DNA of 64,000 nucleotides from Patescibacteria group bacterium (GCA_040388575.1 JAZKBO010000006.1:43250-107249); one strand, 5' to 3'. Positions 49,301 through 62,437 are shown, counted from the stretch's first letter. Notes: generated from the sequence alone by a model not told the origin. Translations and numbers: made by a program.

Positions 49301-52300
49301 ACAACCTGTAAGAGTTGTGCCAGAGCAAGTGCCGGAGTTAGTACCCTTTCCTACATACAGGAACTTACCAACAACGAATACTGAATTTACATCGGCGGCT
49401 GTATCGATGCCTCCGGTGAGAGTCGGAGTTGAAGGATTACTGATATCATAAATTCTCAAATCATTGGCGCTGTCCCCCGAGGATGCATAGCCGACATACG
49501 CGTACTTACCAGATACAAATATAGAGAGTGCATTAAAGTTATAGGAAATTCCACCGACTGAAGCTGGAATAGAAGCTGGATTATGAATATCGTAAATCTG
49601 GAATTCATTGCCGCTACCGCCATCGGAATTCACTCCCACATAAGCGTAGCTACCGTCCGCATAAACAGTGTTAGCATTCACGTTAGGTGTCGCTCCGGAA
49701 AGTGCAGTAGGGGTAGAGCTTGTACCGTAGTTAGAAAGTATTGTTCCATCGGAAACTGTTAAGCGCTGTGCAGGTGTTACTGTACCGAGCCCAACATAAT
49801 CATTTCCTAACACTGTCAGGCCGGCAGTGTTATCATTGTTCGCTACTTGGAACACTGTCTCAGCTGCACCGAGGTCTGCGGTACTAGTGCCGCCATCAGA
49901 TTTAGCTCCGACTATTTTAATTGCTGGAATGGTATCAGTCGGATTGGTTGAACCGATAACTCCACGGACTGACAACGCTTGTGCATCGGTGTCGGAAATT
50001 GCAGTAATCTGGGCGCCACCGGCTGTGGTAGAAAGTGAAGTTGCGTGGAGGAAGACATCGGTTTGCGCTAGACTAGTTAGACCATGAGCCACATCATCAT
50101 CCGAGAGCGCAAAAGTTGGGGTGTTTGTGGAATCGGAAATTTCTAAAGTATAATCTGGGGAACTGTCACCGAGACCAAGGAATTTTGTAGAGTTATCAAA
50201 GAAGAAATTCGCATTGTCTTGCTGCAATATTCCTGAAGCTCCTGCAAACAGCACCGAGCCTGCAGTCGGAGCAAACCACGTAGGTGCTCCAGTACCGCCA
50301 GAAATTGCAGCTTGGCCTGTGGTACCTGCAGCGGAAACTTCCGCAGAGTCAGAATCTGTCCACAGTAGTCCTCCGGATACTGCAGTTAGGTTCTTGTTAG
50401 TGCCACCGTTAGCTAGTGGTAACACTCCCGAAACTTCCGCAGTCGCAAGATCAACCGCGTTTGTAGTAGAACCCGAACCAATAAAAATGGACGCAGTAAG
50501 TGTATCGGAGATTTGAGAGTCAGTTAATCCAGTTATATCCGTAATATTTCCAGTTGTTATAACTGTACCAGTAGCATTAGGTAAGGTATAGGTCTTATCA
50601 GTACCAGTTAAATCAGCAGTAGTAATGATGCCGGCAAACCTTGCCGCGCCTCCGGCTTGTGACAATAATTTAATATCATCATCAGTAGACGTAGCAGAAC
50701 GGACAATTAATGCTGGAGTGCCAGCCGCTGCGGTAAATATATCTTGGGCGGAAGTGGTAAGAGAAGTTCCAGAAGCCACCCCAAGAGTTGGAGTAGTAAG
50801 TACTGGTGATGTTGAGAAGACTAAATTCGTGGAAGTTGTTCCGGTACTACCAGCGGCAGTGAATCCAGTAATATTATTAAAACAAGTTATAGTTGCCGAG
50901 GAACAGTTCGTGCCACCATTAGCAACAGCCAGTACTCCAGCAATTTCCGCAGTAGCTAGATCAACCGCATTAGTGGTGGAGCCGGAACCGATAAAGATCG
51001 AAGAGGTTAAAGTATCTGAAACTTCAGAATCAATAATGTCGTTGGCTTGGAAAGTTGTAGTGGAACCGAAGGCAACTGTACCGTTAAATGTTTTTGCTCC
51101 ACCAAATGTTTGAGTAGAGGCATTAATAATACCTGCATGAGTAGCATCTGCTGTAGAGATTGCTAATGTAATATCATCCGGCGTTGAAGCTCCTACTAGT
51201 GTCCAGGCAGTTCCAGCCACAGTAGTGGTGGAAGCTACGTCTAAGAAATTTGCATCTGCCGCACCCACACTATTGACTGTAATATTGTCGCCACTACCGC
51301 CGGAACATGTAGCCCACGCCAAAGTTCCGGAACCGTTGGAGGACAAACATTGAGTACCTGTGGAATCGACATTTGGTAGAGTCCACGTTACGTTCGTGCC
51401 TACAGTAGCCGGAGCTTGAAGAGCGACCCAGTTCGAGGAATCAGCATCAGCAAAGCGTAGGTCGCTTTGTGTATCCAAAGTAACATTGTTAGCAGCTTCT
51501 ATAGTGTCAGCAAAATAGTTCGCCCCTCCAGCGGAATAAATTCCGTAATTGGTACCAGCATTTGCAGCATTGGCATATACGGCATAGTTGGTGTCGGCAG
51601 TGCCAATAGTTGAGAAATACCCAGCATAATTCGTAGTAGCACCAGTTGTACCCAAGTCACTATTCGCAAGACTCTTAACTCCGTAAACAATAACACCATC
51701 TGTGGCGCCTCCGATGGTACCCGAGAATGAAGGAGAGGTTCGGATGCCTGTTAAGATAACATTGGCGGAACTATTGTTGGTGGAGCCAGAGAATGTTGGC
51801 GTTGATTCAAGACCATAAAGTTGTCCAGAGCTTCCCGCTGTGATGGCACTACTTTCAGTCGGCGAAGAAACAATACCGTCAAAACTAGTGCTTCCTCCGG
51901 AACTTAGTGCGCCGGAATAAGTAAGGTGAGAGTTAAGAGTTGTTATTGCCGTATTGGCTGTTGAGTTTGTGCCAGTTACATCTAATTCGTACGATGGACT
52001 CGCTGTACCGATGCCAACATTTCCAGATGCATCTACAACAAAAGCTGTACTGTCGGTAAGAGTTCCATCATCATTTACTCGTAGCGCTAATCCACTACCC
52101 GCCGTGGTGACATCAAGAGCCGCGCCAGTGTTGGCAGAAACTAACTGCTTAATAGCCAAAGCATCTGCTGAAGATGTACAAGTCCCCCCAAAACTTCCGG
52201 CAGTACAGGAAGTGTCGCTTATGCTAGCCACCGCACCAGTTATAGTAAGTGCAGTTGCCGCACCACCATTTATAGAACGTTCAGCATTCAATACATTTCC

Positions 52301-55300
52301 AGAGACTGTCACTCCAGCTCCTGTAGCGCCCAAATTATAAGAGGTGGCGTTATCCCACCAAACCTTTAATCCGCTTGCAGAAATATCTGTAGTATCTGGA
52401 GTACTTCTTGGCGAGAAAGTAATATTTCCTACGTTTTGAGTGCCAGTGGTACTGAGTGGATCACCCGTGATATTTAATATAGTTGAATCAGTATGTAATG
52501 TGAGACCACCAAGAAAACCTGCTCCCCAAATCACTCCACTATTAGCATAAAGATTACCCGCAGAATCTAGCTGTAACTTTGTTGTGCCACCATACTTTGC
52601 ATTAATTAAATTAGTACTAACTCCCGTTGTTGAAGTATTGGTAGTGTCAATATTTAAAATATCAAGACTGGTGTTTGTGTTTGATCCGCCAGTGTTAATT
52701 GTTGGTTTTATGTTTAATCCTGTAAAGTTTCTTGCATTTGCATCATTTTTAGTTAAAGAGAAAGTAAGCTTTTCTGCACCCACAGTGCCATTGGCGTCAG
52801 TGTTTAAGGTAAGCCCTGTCACATCCAACCTCGTCGCTGGTGCAGCATTGCCTATACCAAGATAATTATTCGTATCATCGAAAAAGAAATTAGCATTGTC
52901 TTGTGTAAGTTTTGTTCCATCAGAGAAGATTACAGAGCCTGCAGTGTAGGCACTGTTGTTGTTTGTACCACCATTTGCAATAGGAAGTATTCCAGTAACT
53001 TCAGAAGTTAAATCAACTGATGTTCCAAGAGTTGAAGCGACGGTGATAGTGTCTGTTGCACCACCAGTAGTAGTGATGCCTGCACCAGCTGCGATAGTTA
53101 ACGTATCACCTTGTGAAATTGTTTGGTTGGAGCCAGATGTCCCTGCTGCAGTGAAGAGTGTGCCCCCAGAAACTACACAAGTACTACATGTCAGTGTCAG
53201 TGTGCCGCCTAAAGATACTGCACCTCCACCTCCTAGTGGAGATGAAGTGTTGACAGTGATGGATGAATTTACAAGTTCAGCATTACCGACAGAGTTACCT
53301 GGAAGAACAACTTCTCCATCACCTGTGCCGTCAGTGGTTAAAGTGATTGCTGTTGTTGATGAGCCGCCGAGTCCGAGTGCTGCTGCACCTCCTGGGAGAA
53401 TAGTTAGTGCGGCAGTAGCATCATCATCAGCTGAAGTGATGGTGACGGTACCAGCATCATTTCTACCGAAAGTGAAAGTAGAGTTGGTGCCGTTAGAGAG
53501 TGTTTCGAGGTTAGCTAGAGTGAGAGCACCATTTAAAATTAGTGAGGCAAAGGTTGGACCAGAGGCAGTGGTCAAGTTCTGGCCGGTGTTGAAGGCGAGT
53601 TGGGTGTCGGTAATGGAGTCAGCGGTTACACCTACGGTAATAGTATCTGTGGCACTACCAGTAGTGGTGATAGAAGTGCCAGCAGCAATGGTCAGAGTAT
53701 CACCTTGTGAAATTGTTTGGTTCGAGCCCGAAGTTCCTGCTGCAGTGAAGAGTGTCCCGCCAGTAGCAATACAAGTAGAACAAGTGATGTCTCCAAGTGC
53801 AGAGACAGAGATTACTCCGGAACCAGAAACTGCAACTGTACCGGAAGCATTTGGAATAGTAATTGTTTTATCAGATGCAGTTGGATCAGTAACTTTTAGG
53901 AAAGTTTCAATAGTGTCTGCAGTGGCTCCTTCGAATACTAATCCAGAAACACCGAATACTTCTCGATCAGCTGTTAAGGCCACGTCTCCGGAAGTAGCTT
54001 GGGATTCGTCTAAGGATAGTGAGAGTGATGCAGCGTTAGAGCCAGCAGATCCACCGGTAAGTCCGGTGAGTGCTGCCGTTGCAGCATTGGCGACGTAGTT
54101 AGCAGTGAGGACTGATGCGGTAAGAGTGTCGGAAATTTGAGAATCAGTGAGTGCGTTACAACCGGCAATAATACCAGAAGAATTTTTACATAATATAGTA
54201 GTGTTGTCTGTAGTGCCGAGAGTTGCGGGAGCAACGGTTCCATCAACAGTTAAATTCAACTTTCCTGCTCCAGAGTTTGTAAGTGCTAGGGTTGTGTCTG
54301 AACTATCTACAAAGTCCATAGTGTAAGTTCCAGCAGCAGTATGTGAAAGGCTAGTGTCGTTAGCAGCAATAACCAAGGCGTTAGACCCAGAGTCGAGTGT
54401 TAAGGCACTTGTTGTGGAAGATACCGTAACTGCGCCGGCACCAGTATATGATTGACCGGAGGCGATGGTGACAGTGCCGGAAGAGTTGACTATAAGTTTA
54501 CCGTTATTGATATCAAGCAAGCCTGCAGGTGTGGTGTCGCCATCGATTCCAACATTTCCGGAAGCATCTACTGTTAAAGCTGTAGTGTCAGTAAGGGTAC
54601 CGTCGTCGTTGACGCGAAGTGCAAGTCCGGTACCAGCGCTAGTTACATTAAGTGCCGCGCCAGTATTGGAAGTGTAACTTTGAGTAAGGTCTAAAACATC
54701 CGCGCTAGAAGTACAGCTTCCCCCCGACACTGCCGAGCAAGTATCAGTAAGTTTTGCCAAAGCTCCGGTAACAGTTATTGTTCCCCCGCCGCCAAATCCA
54801 GTAAGAGCTCGAGTAACCAATAAATTATTACCTGAAATGGTGCTGCTCCCAACATCAGTATCATTTAGGTTTAATTCCAACATATTAGCTGTAGTAACAT
54901 TGGCGGTACTAACGATGTTAAAAGATGAACCCGTAGTGTTGGCCGGTCTAACATCTGTGAGACCGTTAGCAGCAATATTGAATCTTGAAGTTCCCCCTGA
55001 AGCTACTTTAAGCAAATTGATTGTATCACCTGTCACATCCGTGTTAACTGTATCGATATTCAAAGCAGTTATAGTTTTATTGGAGCCACCAGGAGTATTA
55101 ATGGTAGGTTTAATTTGTAAACCGGTGTATGACTCAATAGACGAATCGGTGGTTGTAATCGAGCCGACAAAGTTAGCTGCTAGAATTTGTCCAGAAGAAA
55201 ATGAGTTGTCTAGAGTAATACCTGTGACATCGAGCCGGGTTGCTGGCGCCGCATTGCCTAATCCAAAATAATTATTTGTGTCATCCCAGAAGAAATTGGC

Positions 55301-58300
55301 ATTGTCCTGCGTATAAACTCCAGAAGTTCCTGCGAAGACAACGGAACCTGCAGTGAATGCGCCCGCACCTGTGCCGCCATTCCCTACTCCTAGCGTACCG
55401 GCCACTTCTGCTGTGCCTAGATCCACCGCATCCGTAGAAGTTCCGGAACCTTTAAAAATAGAAGCGGTTAGAGTATCCGAAACTTCAGAATCAACTATGT
55501 CGTTAGCTTGGAAAGTTGTAGTGGAACCGAAGGCAACGGTGCCATTAAACGTTTTTGCACCACCAAATGTTTGAGTGCCAGCAGTAACCCCTCCTGGATT
55601 GGATCCGTCAGCTGGTTGGAGAGTTAATACTTGACCTGAAAGAGAGGCTCCACTTGAGTTAGGTGAAGAACCAAATGCTCCGAGAGTTACATCGCCTGTA
55701 TTTGTTCCAGAAGTAGTTCCAGAGAAGTTAGAAAATGTTCCAGTGCCGGTACATGCAAAGTTACCATTTGAGTTAGTAACCGTACAACCAGTGGAGCCTG
55801 AGCCACCACCTAGGAGGATGTTACCTGTGCCCGTATTGTTTAAGTTAAGTGCTCCAGCTCCTTGCGCATCAATAGATAGAGCAACATCCGTATCATCTCC
55901 TGTTGCTTTTAATGCTAGACCTCCTGCAGTAGCAGCGTTTGTGATAGTTAATTGGTTGACTGCAGAAGCAACAGAATCAAAAATTAGCATTTCATTACCA
56001 CTAGAATCTGCAATGTAACCTAAGTCAGCAAATTTGGGAGTAGTTAGAGTTTTACCAGAGAGCGTTTCACTGCCTGCTAGTGTTGCCAATGTCCCTGTAG
56101 TTGGAAGAGTTACTCCTGTAGTTCCAGAAACTGTTAGTGTGGTCGCAAAGTTTCCAGAGATGGTGAGAGTGGATGCTGCGTTGTTGGCTATTCCGGTGCC
56201 GCCGTGGTCGGCGCCCAATGTTCCTGCAATTTCTGCAGTCGCCAAATCAACAGCGTTAGTAGTGGAACCGGAACCAATGAAGATGGAAGAAGTTAGAGTG
56301 TCGGAAACTTCCGAATCCACGATGTCATTAGCTTGGAAAGTGGTAGTGGAACCGAAGGCGACAGTACCGTTGAATGTTTTAGCACCAGCAAATGTTTGAG
56401 TACCGGTAGTCACGGATCCAGCCTCTGTTGCGGAAGCATTGCCGATAGCCAAAGTTATGTCATCTGGAGTCGAAGCACCCACTAAAGTCCAAGTTGTACT
56501 GGCGCTTGTACCAGAGCCTGCAACATCTAGGAAATTTGCATCGGCTGCGGCAGAAGAGTTAACTGAGATGCTATCACCTGAACTTCCGCAACTCTGCCAT
56601 TCAAAATCGCCGCCGGTAGATTCATAGGTTAAACAAAATTCATCAGTTGGAGAGTTTACCGCCTTGAGCATTGCTTCAGTAACTTTATCGGAGCCAATAG
56701 TTAAAGCTGTTGCGCCAGAGGAATTAAGCGTGCCCGTAACATCCCCAGTGAAAGTATCGCCAGAGAGTGACACGGTACCAGAGCGATTCGGGAAAGTATA
56801 AGTTTTATCTGTAGAAGAAAGATCCGCTACATCAAAAATTCCAAATAGTGTTGGCGTTGATCCATTTTCTAAAATTTTAAGTCCAGCCGAAGAATTATCT
56901 AAAACAATATTAAAAGCTCCTGTTTGATCCCAATCAGCAGTAAGTGGCCCTAGATCAAAAGTTACAGTATCTGTAGCACTCCCGGTAGTTGTTATGCCAT
57001 TACCAGTAGCGAGAGTAACTGTGTCGCCATCGGTAATAGTTTGGGAACTACCCAAGCTACCAGTCAAAGTGAAAGATGACATTCCACCAGAACCTGAACC
57101 ACAAGTGAAACCTGTAGCCCCGATTACTCCGTTATTATCAGTTTGCAAACATTGGGTTCCTCCGCCGGCGAGCGAATCAACTTTCAACTTTGCATTACCT
57201 GCACCGGAGTTAGCTAACGCTAGAATTGTATCAGAGCTATCCTTTAGGTCCTCTGTATAAGTACCCGCCGCGATTCGCTGGAGTGTTGTATCCCCCGCTG
57301 CGATTGTCAAAATATTATTTCCAGAGTCCAGTGTAAGTGTATTCGTAGTGGAAGAAAGAGTTACAGCTCCCAACCCGGTGTAAGATTGACCCGCGGCGAT
57401 AGTGGCAGTTCCGGAAGAGTTAACAGTAAAAACTTCTGCACCAACATCGAACAGCGCAGCTGGAGTATCGTCGCCACCGATGCCGACATTACCCGATGCA
57501 TCTACTACAAACGCAGTACTGTCAGTGAAAGTGCCATCATCATTCACTCGAAGAGCGAGGCCACCATTAGTAGTGGCTGTAGTGATGTTAAGGGCCGAGC
57601 CTGAGTTTTGGGTAATTGCTTGGTTAACTTCCAGAACGTTCGCGGTAGAAATACATGTGCCAACACCATTCGTACATGTGTTATCAGTAAATGAACCCAC
57701 AGCGCCCGATACCGTAATGGTATCAAAGGTTCCAGCACCAATAGAACGATTAGCGTTAATTATTTTACCCGATACAGTCGCAGAGCCCGTTCCTATTATA
57801 GATAAAGTTGAACCGAAAGTTGCTTCCAATACATCGGCTGAAATATTAGTAGTATCAGGCGGGGCAAAAGAACCTAGGGCAAATGAAACCAAATCGTTGG
57901 CTGTTGTGGTAAGTAGTGTATTTGAAGTCACACTTAAAAAGGTAGCGTCAGGACCCGCAGCTAAAATGGAAGTTGCTCCAGTAGATGCTACGTCAAAATT
58001 TGTGAAGTCAATCGCTGCAGTACCACCTTGAAGTGTATTATTGTTGAGTTGAACATTCGCACCAAAGTCAGCCCCGATACCACTGAAAGTTAATTTATTT
58101 ACTCCAGTAGAAGAATTAACTACTACAGTATTGGAAGTATCTTCAAAATTAAATGTAAGGTCTTCATCGGAGTCCGATGATCCATCACCAATGCCTAGAA
58201 GTGTAAGATCGCCATCACCATCTCCAGAAATTTTTACTCCAGCGGCACCGAGATTAAAGTCATCAGCAAATGTTGGTGAGTCGTTAAATACCGCAAGCCC

Positions 58301-61300
58301 TGTTCCAGTTTCGTCGGAGAGTGAAGTTGCAAGTTGTGAAGATGAGATTGATCCTGAAGCTGTACCATAAAGTGTCCCAGAAGTTGGCAGAGTGACGGAG
58401 GTGGTACCTGAAACTGTAAGTGTAGTACCGAAAGCACCGCTAATGGTGAGAGTGGAAGCTGCATTGTTAGCTACTCCTGTACCTCCATTACCAGGAGGTA
58501 GTATCCCCGTCACTTCCGAAGTTAAATCAACACTCGTTCCAAGAGTTGAAGCGACGGTGATGGTATCAGTTGCTCCACCAGTAGTAGTGATGCCCGCTCC
58601 TGCTGCGATAGTTAAAGTATCTCCTTGGGAAATAGTTTGGTTGGAGCCAGATGTTCCTGCTGCAGTGAAGAGTGTGCCCCCAGAAACTACACAAGTACTA
58701 CATGTCAGTGTCAGTGTGCCGCCTAAAGATACTGCACCTCCACCTCCTAGTGGAGATGAAGTGTTGACAGTGATGGATGAATTTACAAGTTCAGCATTAC
58801 CGACAGAGTTACCTGGAAGAACAACTTCTCCATCACCTGTGCCGTCAGTGGTTAAAGTGATTGCTGTTGTTGATGAGCCGCCGAGTCCGAGTGCTGCTGC
58901 ACCTCCTGGGAGAATAGTTAGTGCGGCAGTAGCATCATCATCAGCTGAAGTGATGGTGACGGTACCAGCATCATTTCTACCGAAAGTGAATGTAGAGTTA
59001 GTACCGTTAGAAAGTGTTTCGAGGTTAGCTAGAGTCAGTGCACCATTTAAAATTAGTGAGGCAAAGGTTGGACCAGAGGCAGTAGTTAAGTTCTGGCCAG
59101 TGTTGAAGGCGAGTTGGGTGTCGCCAATACAGTCAGCGGTTACTGCAATATCATTTGCATTAGAAGTGATACAAGTTCCAGCGCCTACATCCACAGTGAC
59201 TACTCCAACTGTGCCACCCCCAGTTAGGCCATTACCAGCAGTGACTCCAGTAGTAGCGTTGGATGCCACGTTAGCGGTATCAATTAATGTTCCAGATCTT
59301 CCATCAAGAAGTGATAGTTCTGTTGGTGAAATCAAAGTCCCATTCACATCGATAGCTTGTTCCCATCCTGAACCAATATGAAGTGCAGTTTCAGTAACTA
59401 CTGCAGCAGCAGATGAAAGGTTTGCAATATCAATTCCATAAAGTGTATCCGCATCCCCTGTGGTTGCAGATGTTGCTGCAACTTTAATTGCAGATATGGT
59501 ATCAGCATTAGCATCGTTACCTAAAGTTAGGTTGTAAGTTTCTTCCGAGCCATCATCAGTGATGGTGTTGGTGTGAGTTTGGAGTCCAGTCCAGGCGAAG
59601 GCAAATGCTTGGTTCACTGCCACGTCATCAGCATTCACAGTGATACCAGTACCAGCTCCCACTGCTACAGTTGCCGTATCAGAAGCCACTGAAGAAGTTA
59701 ATCCTCCACCCCCAGCGACAGTGAGAGTATCTCCGGAAACAATTGTACTTGATCCAGAGTCACCAGCTAATGTAAAGATTGTGGTACCAGTGGTCACACA
59801 AGTCGAACAAGTAAGAGTTAGAGTACCACCGAGTGATACTGCACCTCCACCACCAAGTGGTGAAGAAGTGTTGACAGTGAGTGATGAGTTTACGAGTTCA
59901 GCATTACCGACAGAGTTACCTGGAAGAACAACTTCTCCATCACCTGTGCCGTCAGTGGTTAAAGTGATTGCTGTTGTTGATGAGCCGCCGAGTCCGAGTG
60001 CTGCTGCACCTCCTGGGAGAATAGTTAGTGCGGCAGTAGCATCATCATCAGCTGAAGTGATGGTGACGGTACCAGCATCATTTCTACCGAAAGTGAAAGT
60101 AGAGTTGGTGCCGTTAGAGAGTGTTTCGAGGTTAGCTAGAGTGAGAGCACCATTTAAAATTAGTGAGGCAAAGGTTGGACCAGAGGCAGTGGTCAAGTTC
60201 TGGCCGGTGTTGAAGGCGAGTTGGGTGTCGGTAATGGAGTCAGCGGTTACACCTACGGTAATAGTATCTGTGGCACTACCAGTAGTGGTGATAGAAGTGC
60301 CAGCAGCAATGGTCAGAGTATCACCTTGTGAAATTGTTTGGTTCGAGCCCGAAGTTCCTGCTGCAGTGAAGAGTGTCCCGCCAGTAGCAATACAAGTAGA
60401 ACAAGTGATGTCTCCAAGTGCAGAGACAGAGATTACTCCGGAGCCAGAAACTGCAACTGTACCGGAAGCATTTGGAATAGTAATTGTTTTGTCAGATGCA
60501 GTTGGGTCAGTAACTTTTAGGAAAGTTTCGATGGTATCAGCGGTGGACCCCTCAAACACTAATCCAGAAACACCGAATACTTCTCGATCAGCTGTTAAGG
60601 CCACATCTCCAGAAGTAGCTTGGGATTCATCGAGTGATAGTGAGAGTGATGCAGCGTTAGAGCCTGCACTTCCGCCGGCAAGACCAGTGAGTGCTGAAGT
60701 TGCAGCGTTGGCTACGTAGTTAGCCGTGAGGACGGAGGCGGTGAGGGTGTCGGAGATTTCAGAATCAATTAAGTCGTTAGCTTGGAAGGTGGTCGTGGAA
60801 CCGAAGGCGACTGTGCCGTTAAATGTTTTTGCACCACCAAATGTTTGGGTGCCGGTAGTCACTGCTCCGGCTTCTGTTGCGGAAGCGTTACCGATAGCTA
60901 AAGTTATATCGTCAGGATTAGAAACTGTGTTTAGAGTCCAGGTTGTAGAAGTACTGGTACCTGTTCCGGCAACATTAAGGAAATTCGCATCAGTTGCTGC
61001 AGAAGAGTTCACGGTAATGCTGTCGCCTGAGGTCCCGCATGTTTGCCATTCGAAATCACCACCAGTGGATTCGTAAGTTAAACAAAATTCATCAGTCGGA
61101 GAGTTTACTGCTTTGAGCATTGACTCAGTAACTTTATCCGCCCCAATGGTAGTAGTGATTGCAGTTGTTCCGCTACCGGAAACATCTCCTGAAAGAGTGA
61201 TAGTTTGGTTACCGGAAATATAAGCAGCGGCATTATTTTCTGCTTGAGTCCAAACGTCATAGCACCCCTCGGAGGCTCCCGAAGCATCCACACCAAGTGG

Positions 61301-62437
61301 TGCATTTCCTGCCGAACAATTTGCACCATTAGCTGCTAACGCTGTTGCCGTTGTTGCGTTTCCAACGAGTGCGCCGGTGAAGGTAGAAGCAGCTACTGTG
61401 TTAAAAGTTACATTGGAACTAGTAGTCAAATTCTGCCCAGTATTAAAGGCTAGTTGGGTATCACCTATAGAATCCGCAACAATTCCAAGGGTTACAGCAG
61501 CACTTTCGGATCCTGATCCAGTTACCGCGATGGTACTAGAGCCGGAATCTGCAATGGTTGCAACGTAATTTCCGGTAGTGTCAGCACCAAGGGCAATTAA
61601 ATTGTTTAATGTACTCGCTCCAGTGCCACCGGCCGCAACATCGATAATGCCGTCAGTGTTGGAATCATAAACTGAAGTGAGCATGTCCCCAGTTCCTGAA
61701 ATTGTTTGCCATGATGGTAAGTTTCCACCGGAAACTATCAGCGCCTGACCTGGAGAGCCGATTCCTAATCGCGCAAAATTTCCGCTGCTATCTCTGTAAA
61801 ATAAATCTCCAGTAGCATCGCTGCCAAGTGTTAAGGAAAGTCCACCAGCATTCACAGCGCCAGCTAAATTTAAATCACCGCCCGTGAGTACCGGGATTTC
61901 ACTTCCAGTTGGAGTTTGGGATACGGAAAATCCGCCAACTGTTCCGGAATTTATTGCAAAACCAGAAGAAACAATTTGAGGTCGAGGGCTAAGCGTCTCA
62001 AAACTTACGCCGGAACATGAGGATGCCACTTGTGCCGCAACTTCTACATTTACATACACCGTGTCATTGTCCTGAAAATTATAATCGAGCACATCTGCAC
62101 CCGAACCTATTGAGGCATCGAAAACTCCATCGCGAGTTAGAATCGTCATAGTAGAGGGCGTTCCTGATGGCCAAAGTTTGGTTCCCGAGCCCGCGGTAGG
62201 GTTGTCATAAATTGAAAATCTGTAACAGTAATTAGTGCCACTGGTACCGCCCAGGAGTGTACCCGAAGAATTTAAAAGCCTACCTTGAAAATTAATAACT
62301 TTTGGCACCCCAGCCGCAGAGAAGGCGCTAAGTGCCGGAAACAAAGAAAAAATGATCAAAATTGCTGCAAAAAAACGCACAAAAAAGAGGCTAATTTTCT
62401 GTAAATTTTTGACGAGTTTGTGAGTTAGAAAATTCAT
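46304..62437 (-). CDS. Giant secreted surface protein (5377 aa). Thr/Gly/Ser-rich fibre or beta-helix repeats with kb-scale near-identical internal duplications, a C-terminal LVIVD-repeat beta-propeller, an unassigned about 150-aa beta domain, and a PT/PA-rich tail with two Cys-bracketed 21-aa motifs.
   Basis: Single 16.1 kb ORF. Signal/anchor '[43 protein letters not shown]'. The roughly 330-aa block '[35 protein letters not shown]…[60 protein letters not shown]…' recurs 3 times almost identically. LVIVD blades such as '[28 protein letters not shown]' and '[31 protein letters not shown]' span about 48700..49700. The C-terminus carries '[21 protein letters not shown]' twice. Confidence 0.8.
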   Translation of the reverse strand: MNFLTHKLVKNLQKISLFFVRFFAAILIIFSLFPALSAFSAAGVPKVINFQGRLLNSSGTLLGGTSGTNYCYRFSIYDNPTAGSGTKLWPSGTPSTMTILTRDGVFDASIGSGADVLDYNFQDNDTVYVNVEVAAQVASSCSGVSFETLSPRPQIVSSGFAINSGTVGGFSVSQTPTGSEIPVLTGGDLNLAGAVNAGGLSLTLGSDATGDLFYRDSSGNFARLGIGSPGQALIVSGGNLPSWQTISGTGDMLTSVYDSNTDGIIDVAAGGTGASTLNNLIALGADTTGNYVATIADSGSSTIAVTGSGSESAAVTLGIVADSIGDTQLAFNTGQNLTTSSNVTFNTVAASTFTGALVGNATTATALAANGANCSAGNAPLGVDASGASEGCYDVWTQAENNAAAYISGNQTITLSGDVSGSGTTAITTTIGADKVTESMLKAVNSPTDEFCLTYESTGGDFEWQTCGTSGDSITVNSSAATDANFLNVAGTGTSTSTTWTLNTVSNPDDITLAIGNASATEAGAVTTGTQTFGGAKTFNGTVAFGSTTTFQANDLIDSEISDTLTASVLTANYVANAATSALTGLAGGSAGSNAASLSLSLDESQATSGDVALTADREVFGVSGLVFEGSTADTIETFLKVTDPTASDKTITIPNASGTVAVSGSGVISVSALGDITCSTCIATGGTLFTAAGTSGSNQTISQGDTLTIAAGTSITTTGSATDTITVGVTADSITDTQLAFNTGQNLTTASGPTFASLILNGALTLANLETLSNGTNSTFTFGRNDAGTVTITSADDDATAALTILPGGAAALGLGGSSTTAITLTTDGTGDGEVVLPGNSVGNAELVNSSLTVNTSSPLGGGGAVSLGGTLTLTCSTCVTTGTTIFTLAGDSGSSTIVSGDTLTVAGGGGLTSSVASDTATVAVGAGTGITVNADDVAVNQAFAFAWTGLQTHTNTITDDGSEETYNLTLGNDANADTISAIKVAATSATTGDADTLYGIDIANLSSAAAVVTETALHIGSGWEQAIDVNGTLISPTELSLLDGRSGTLIDTANVASNATTGVTAGNGLTGGGTVGVVTVDVGAGTCITSNANDIAVTADCIGDTQLAFNTGQNLTTASGPTFASLILNGALTLANLETLSNGTNSTFTFGRNDAGTVTITSADDDATAALTILPGGAAALGLGGSSTTAITLTTDGTGDGEVVLPGNSVGNAELVNSSITVNTSSPLGGGGAVSLGGTLTLTCSTCVVSGGTLFTAAGTSGSNQTISQGDTLTIAAGAGITTTGGATDTITVASTLGTSVDLTSEVTGILPPGNGGTGVANNAASTLTISGAFGTTLTVSGTTSVTLPTSGTLYGTASGSISSSQLATSLSDETGTGLAVFNDSPTFADDFNLGAAGVKISGDGDGDLTLLGIGDGSSDSDEDLTFNFEDTSNTVVVNSSTGVNKLTFSGIGADFGANVQLNNNTLQGGTAAIDFTNFDVASTGATSILAAGPDATFLSVTSNTLLTTTANDLVSFALGSFAPPDTTNISADVLEATFGSTLSIIGTGSATVSGKIINANRSIGAGTFDTITVSGAVGSFTDNTCTNGVGTCISTANVLEVNQAITQNSGSALNITTATTNGGLALRVNDDGTFTDSTAFVVDASGNVGIGGDDTPAALFDVGAEVFTVNSSGTATIAAGQSYTGLGAVTLSSTTNTLTLDSGNNILTIAAGDTTLQRIAAGTYTEDLKDSSDTILALANSGAGNAKLKVDSLAGGGTQCLQTDNNGVIGATGFTCGSGSGGMSSFTLTGSLGSSQTITDGDTVTLATGNGITTTGSATDTVTFDLGPLTADWDQTGAFNIVLDNSSAGLKILENGSTPTLFGIFDVADLSSTDKTYTFPNRSGTVSLSGDTFTGDVTGTLNSSGATALTIGSDKVTEAMLKAVNSPTDEFCLTYESTGGDFEWQSCGSSGDSISVNSSAAADANFLDVAGSGTSASTTWTLVGASTPDDITLAIGNASATEAGSVTTGTQTFAGAKTFNGTVAFGSTTTFQANDIVDSEVSDTLTSSIFIGSGSTTNAVDLATAEIAGTLGADHGGTGIANNAASTLTISGNFATTLTVSGTTGVTLPTTGTLATLAGSETLSGKTLTTPKFADLGYIADSSGNEMLIFDSVASAVNQLTITNAATAGGLALKATGDDTDVALSIDAQGAGALNLNNTGTGNILLGGGSGSTGCTVTNSNGNFACTGTGTFSNFSGTTSGTNTGDVTLGAFGSSPNSSGASLSGQVLTLQPADGSNPGGVTAGTQTFGGAKTFNGTVAFGSTTTFQANDIVDSEVSDTLTASIFKGSGTSTDAVDLGTAEVAGTLGVGNGGTGAGAFTAGSVVFAGTSGVYTQDNANFFWDDTNNYFGLGNAAPATRLDVTGITLDNSFSSGQILAANFVGSITTTDSSIESYTGLQIKPTINTPGGSNKTITALNIDTVNTDVTGDTINLLKVASGGTSRFNIAANGLTDVRPANTTGSSFNIVSTANVTTANMLELNLNDTDVGSSTISGNNLLVTRALTGFGGGGTITVTGALAKLTDTCSAVSGGSCTSSADVLDLTQSYTSNTGAALNVTSAGTGLALRVNDDGTLTDTTALTVDASGNVGIDGDTTPAGLLDINNGKLIVNSSGTVTIASGQSYTGAGAVTVSSTTSALTLDSGSNALVIAANDTSLSHTAAGTYTMDFVDSSDTTLALTNSGAGKLNLTVDGTVAPATLGTTDNTTILCKNSSGIIAGCNALTDSQISDTLTASVLTANYVANAATAALTGLTGGSAGSNAASLSLSLDESQATSGDVALTADREVFGVSGLVFEGATADTIETFLKVTDPTASDKTITIPNASGTVAVSGSGVISVSALGDITCSTCIATGGTLFTAAGTSGSNQTISQGDTLTIAAGTSITTTGSATDTITVGVTADSITDTQLAFNTGQNLTTASGPTFASLILNGALTLANLETLSNGTNSTFTFGRNDAGTVTITSADDDATAALTILPGGAAALGLGGSSTTAITLTTDGTGDGEVVLPGNSVGNAELVNSSITVNTSSPLGGGGAVSLGGTLTLTCSTCVVSGGTLFTAAGTSGSNQTISQGDTLTIAAGAGITTTGGATDTITVASTLGTSVDLTSEVTGILPIANGGTNNNSAYTAGSVIFSDGTKLTQDNANFFFDDTNNYLGIGNAAPATRLDVTGLTLNTDANGTVGAEKLTFSLTKNDANARNFTGLNIKPTINTGGSNTNTSLDILNIDTTNTSTTGVSTNLINAKYGGTTKLQLDSAGNLYANSGVIWGAGFLGGLTLHTDSTILNITGDPLSTTGTQNVGNITFSPRSTPDTTDISASGLKVWWDNATSYNLGATGAGVTVSGNVLNAERSINGGAATALTITGAVASISDTSCTAGSFGGTCTSSADALAIKQLVSANTGAALDVTTAGSGLALRVNDDGTLTDSTAFVVDASGNVGIGTASPSYELDVTGTNSTANTAITTLNSHLTYSGALSSGGSTSFDGIVSSPTESSAITAGSSGQLYGLESTPTFSGSTNNSSANVILTGIRTSPSFSGTIGGATDGVIVYGVKSLANSDLGTTGATTNYAGYFSTIGTADTNYAVYANAANAGTNYGIYSAGGANYFADTIEAANNVTLDTQSDLRFADADSSNWVALQAPATVGTNVTWTLPNVDSTGTQCLSSNGSGTLAWATCSGGSGDNITVNSVGAADANFLDVASTTTVAGTAWTLVGASTPDDITLAISTADATHAGIINASTQTFGGAKTFNGTVAFGSTTTFQANDIIDSEVSDTLTSSIFIGSGSTTNAVDLATAEIAGVLAVANGGTNCSSATITCFNNITGFTAAGSTGTTSTNLVFSTSPVLTTPTLGVASGTSLTTSAQDIFTAAAGTPALIVRSATSTDDDIKLLSQAGGAARFAGIITTADLTGTDKTYTLPNATGTVITTGNITDITGLTDSQISDTLTASIFIGSGSTTNAVDLATAEVSGVLPLANGGTNKNLTAVSGGLLWTDSDSAEVSAAGTTGQAAISGGTGAPTWFAPTAGSVLFAGASGILQQDNANFFFDNSTKFLGLGDSSPDYTLEISDSTNTPTFALSDDDVAHGLTSLAQTDVFLHATSLSTTAGGAQITAISDTDAQALSVRGVIGSTNPTDTIPAIKIVGAKSDGGTSTADLGAAETVFQVANNDNTAGLTVLGNDYVGLGTVTPAQRLTVSDGTILSNYGTSSTPTALSGATPNVNANTVYADGSYAYVGVNSDGGSGNEFQIYDIHNPASIPASVGGISYNFNALSIFVSGKYAYVGYASSGDSANDLRIYDISNPSTPTLTGGIDTAADVNSVFVVGKFLYVGKGTNSGTCSGTTLTGCEFSIYDITNPASPAAVGGEDFVDSGTQYRANSVYVQGTYAYVGRDTSSGTCSGTTVTGCEFIIYDISNPFDPSAANGVNVAKEVNSVYVSGAFAYIGTDSGSGDEFQIYNISNPGTIGSEIGGLEVGADVNSVAVYGKYAYLGAATVSGNDLRIADVTNTASPSAVGGVDVSIGVNEVFASGKYLYAALDTVSGNEFRAFDIAGVDAASATIGVAGLGSLNVTDSARINNDLYVGNSLNVGPGGGNFGGPVVVNASLNSALATGANAIAGFYGNYSMTNTTTDGTFQYGNRFINTINSASGIDATYVGQLIRMIDNDCSATDCINTVRGLEVQAYSGTNTAGINTGIATFGKTFGIQAETTGEAGAVASPAAVFADLNNSSDPTSGNAIRAYSNDITSANLVNFTTDTSTFTGTGLIMNFASGSGGFTGNFVDLQKNATSKFTIDDTGELTVKIADADNADAIYINTEESTSTQTVFKIESDTTNNSQSTDTIKAHFEADGKLFLSFTGTQTTHAVCHTGAGKANNDELVDCDPSAGADYAEMYPVEAGIEVGDLVSIGTNLVDTYATDSAGTADWNIVKGQITQLVKSGAPYQGNLIGIISDNTADFSSTGYNIKAADNPMPVALVGRVLVKVNEENGPIHKGDVLTSSSTPGEAMRATRPGVIIGQALADYDGTPGNKIMVFARTSYYDPTVDIAADGSVTMQRIATTSLIANTDSTAFLINQNGSGDLLQLQSDGTDRFLVQNSGAVNINAITSNSTDDLVVVKSNGSEVFSINARGDAQVLGAIFIKNNNIAGSIATDASGEADVDFDYDLGTGKPSIQLTPEADQPVFAQILSWKKDSNQKYVGFKIKTFDIHGDNVSAIVHYLVVGKDTGYSTNGTIVVNVPTPPPAPAPAPSPAPSPSPSPSPSPSPTPTSIPGCTDATATNYDPTATVDDGSCVVPPPAPTAVSGCTDSTATNYDPTATVDDGSCIASTPTPPPTPAPAPEPTPEPPPTP
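48700..49700 (-). other. LVIVD-repeat beta-propeller region (about 7 blades) within the 5377-aa protein (approximate coordinates).
   Basis: Repeated ~45-aa units of the form N(S/A)V(Y/F)V.G.YAY(V/L)G…G…(E/D)(F/L).I(Y/A)D(I/V)(S/T)NP, characteristic of LVIVD (PF08309) repeats. Confidence 0.6.
53150..54098. repeat. Roughly 0.95 kb near-identical intragenic direct repeat (copy 1 of 3) inside the 5377-aa gene (approximate boundaries).
   Basis: Plus-strand antisense ORFs 52956..54098 and 59640..60719 translate to near-identical strings over more than 300 aa (…PPPPSG(D/E)EVLTV(M/S)[126 protein letters not shown]…). This implies over 95% nucleotide identity. Confidence 0.6.
58670..59250. repeat. 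Roughly 0.6 kb near-identical intragenic repeat (copy 2 of 3; shorter, diverges after …[12 protein letters not shown]).
   Basis: Antisense ORF 58392..59381 shares the same about 190-aa string as the ORFs covering copies 1 and 3. Confidence 0.55.
59780..60719. repeat. Roughly 0.95 kb near-identical intragenic repeat (copy 3 of 3).
   Basis: See copy 1. Even the nested small antisense ORFs 53717..53899 and 60338..60520 are identical in 58 of 60 aa. Confidence 0.6.

Noticed and set aside
47961-61568. Plus-strand ORFs up to 380 aa (52956..54098, 59640..60719, 58392..59381 and others) inside the 16.1 kb minus-strand gene.
   Set aside because: Same antisense low-complexity artefact. They are useful only because their identical translations reveal the underlying near-identical DNA repeats.
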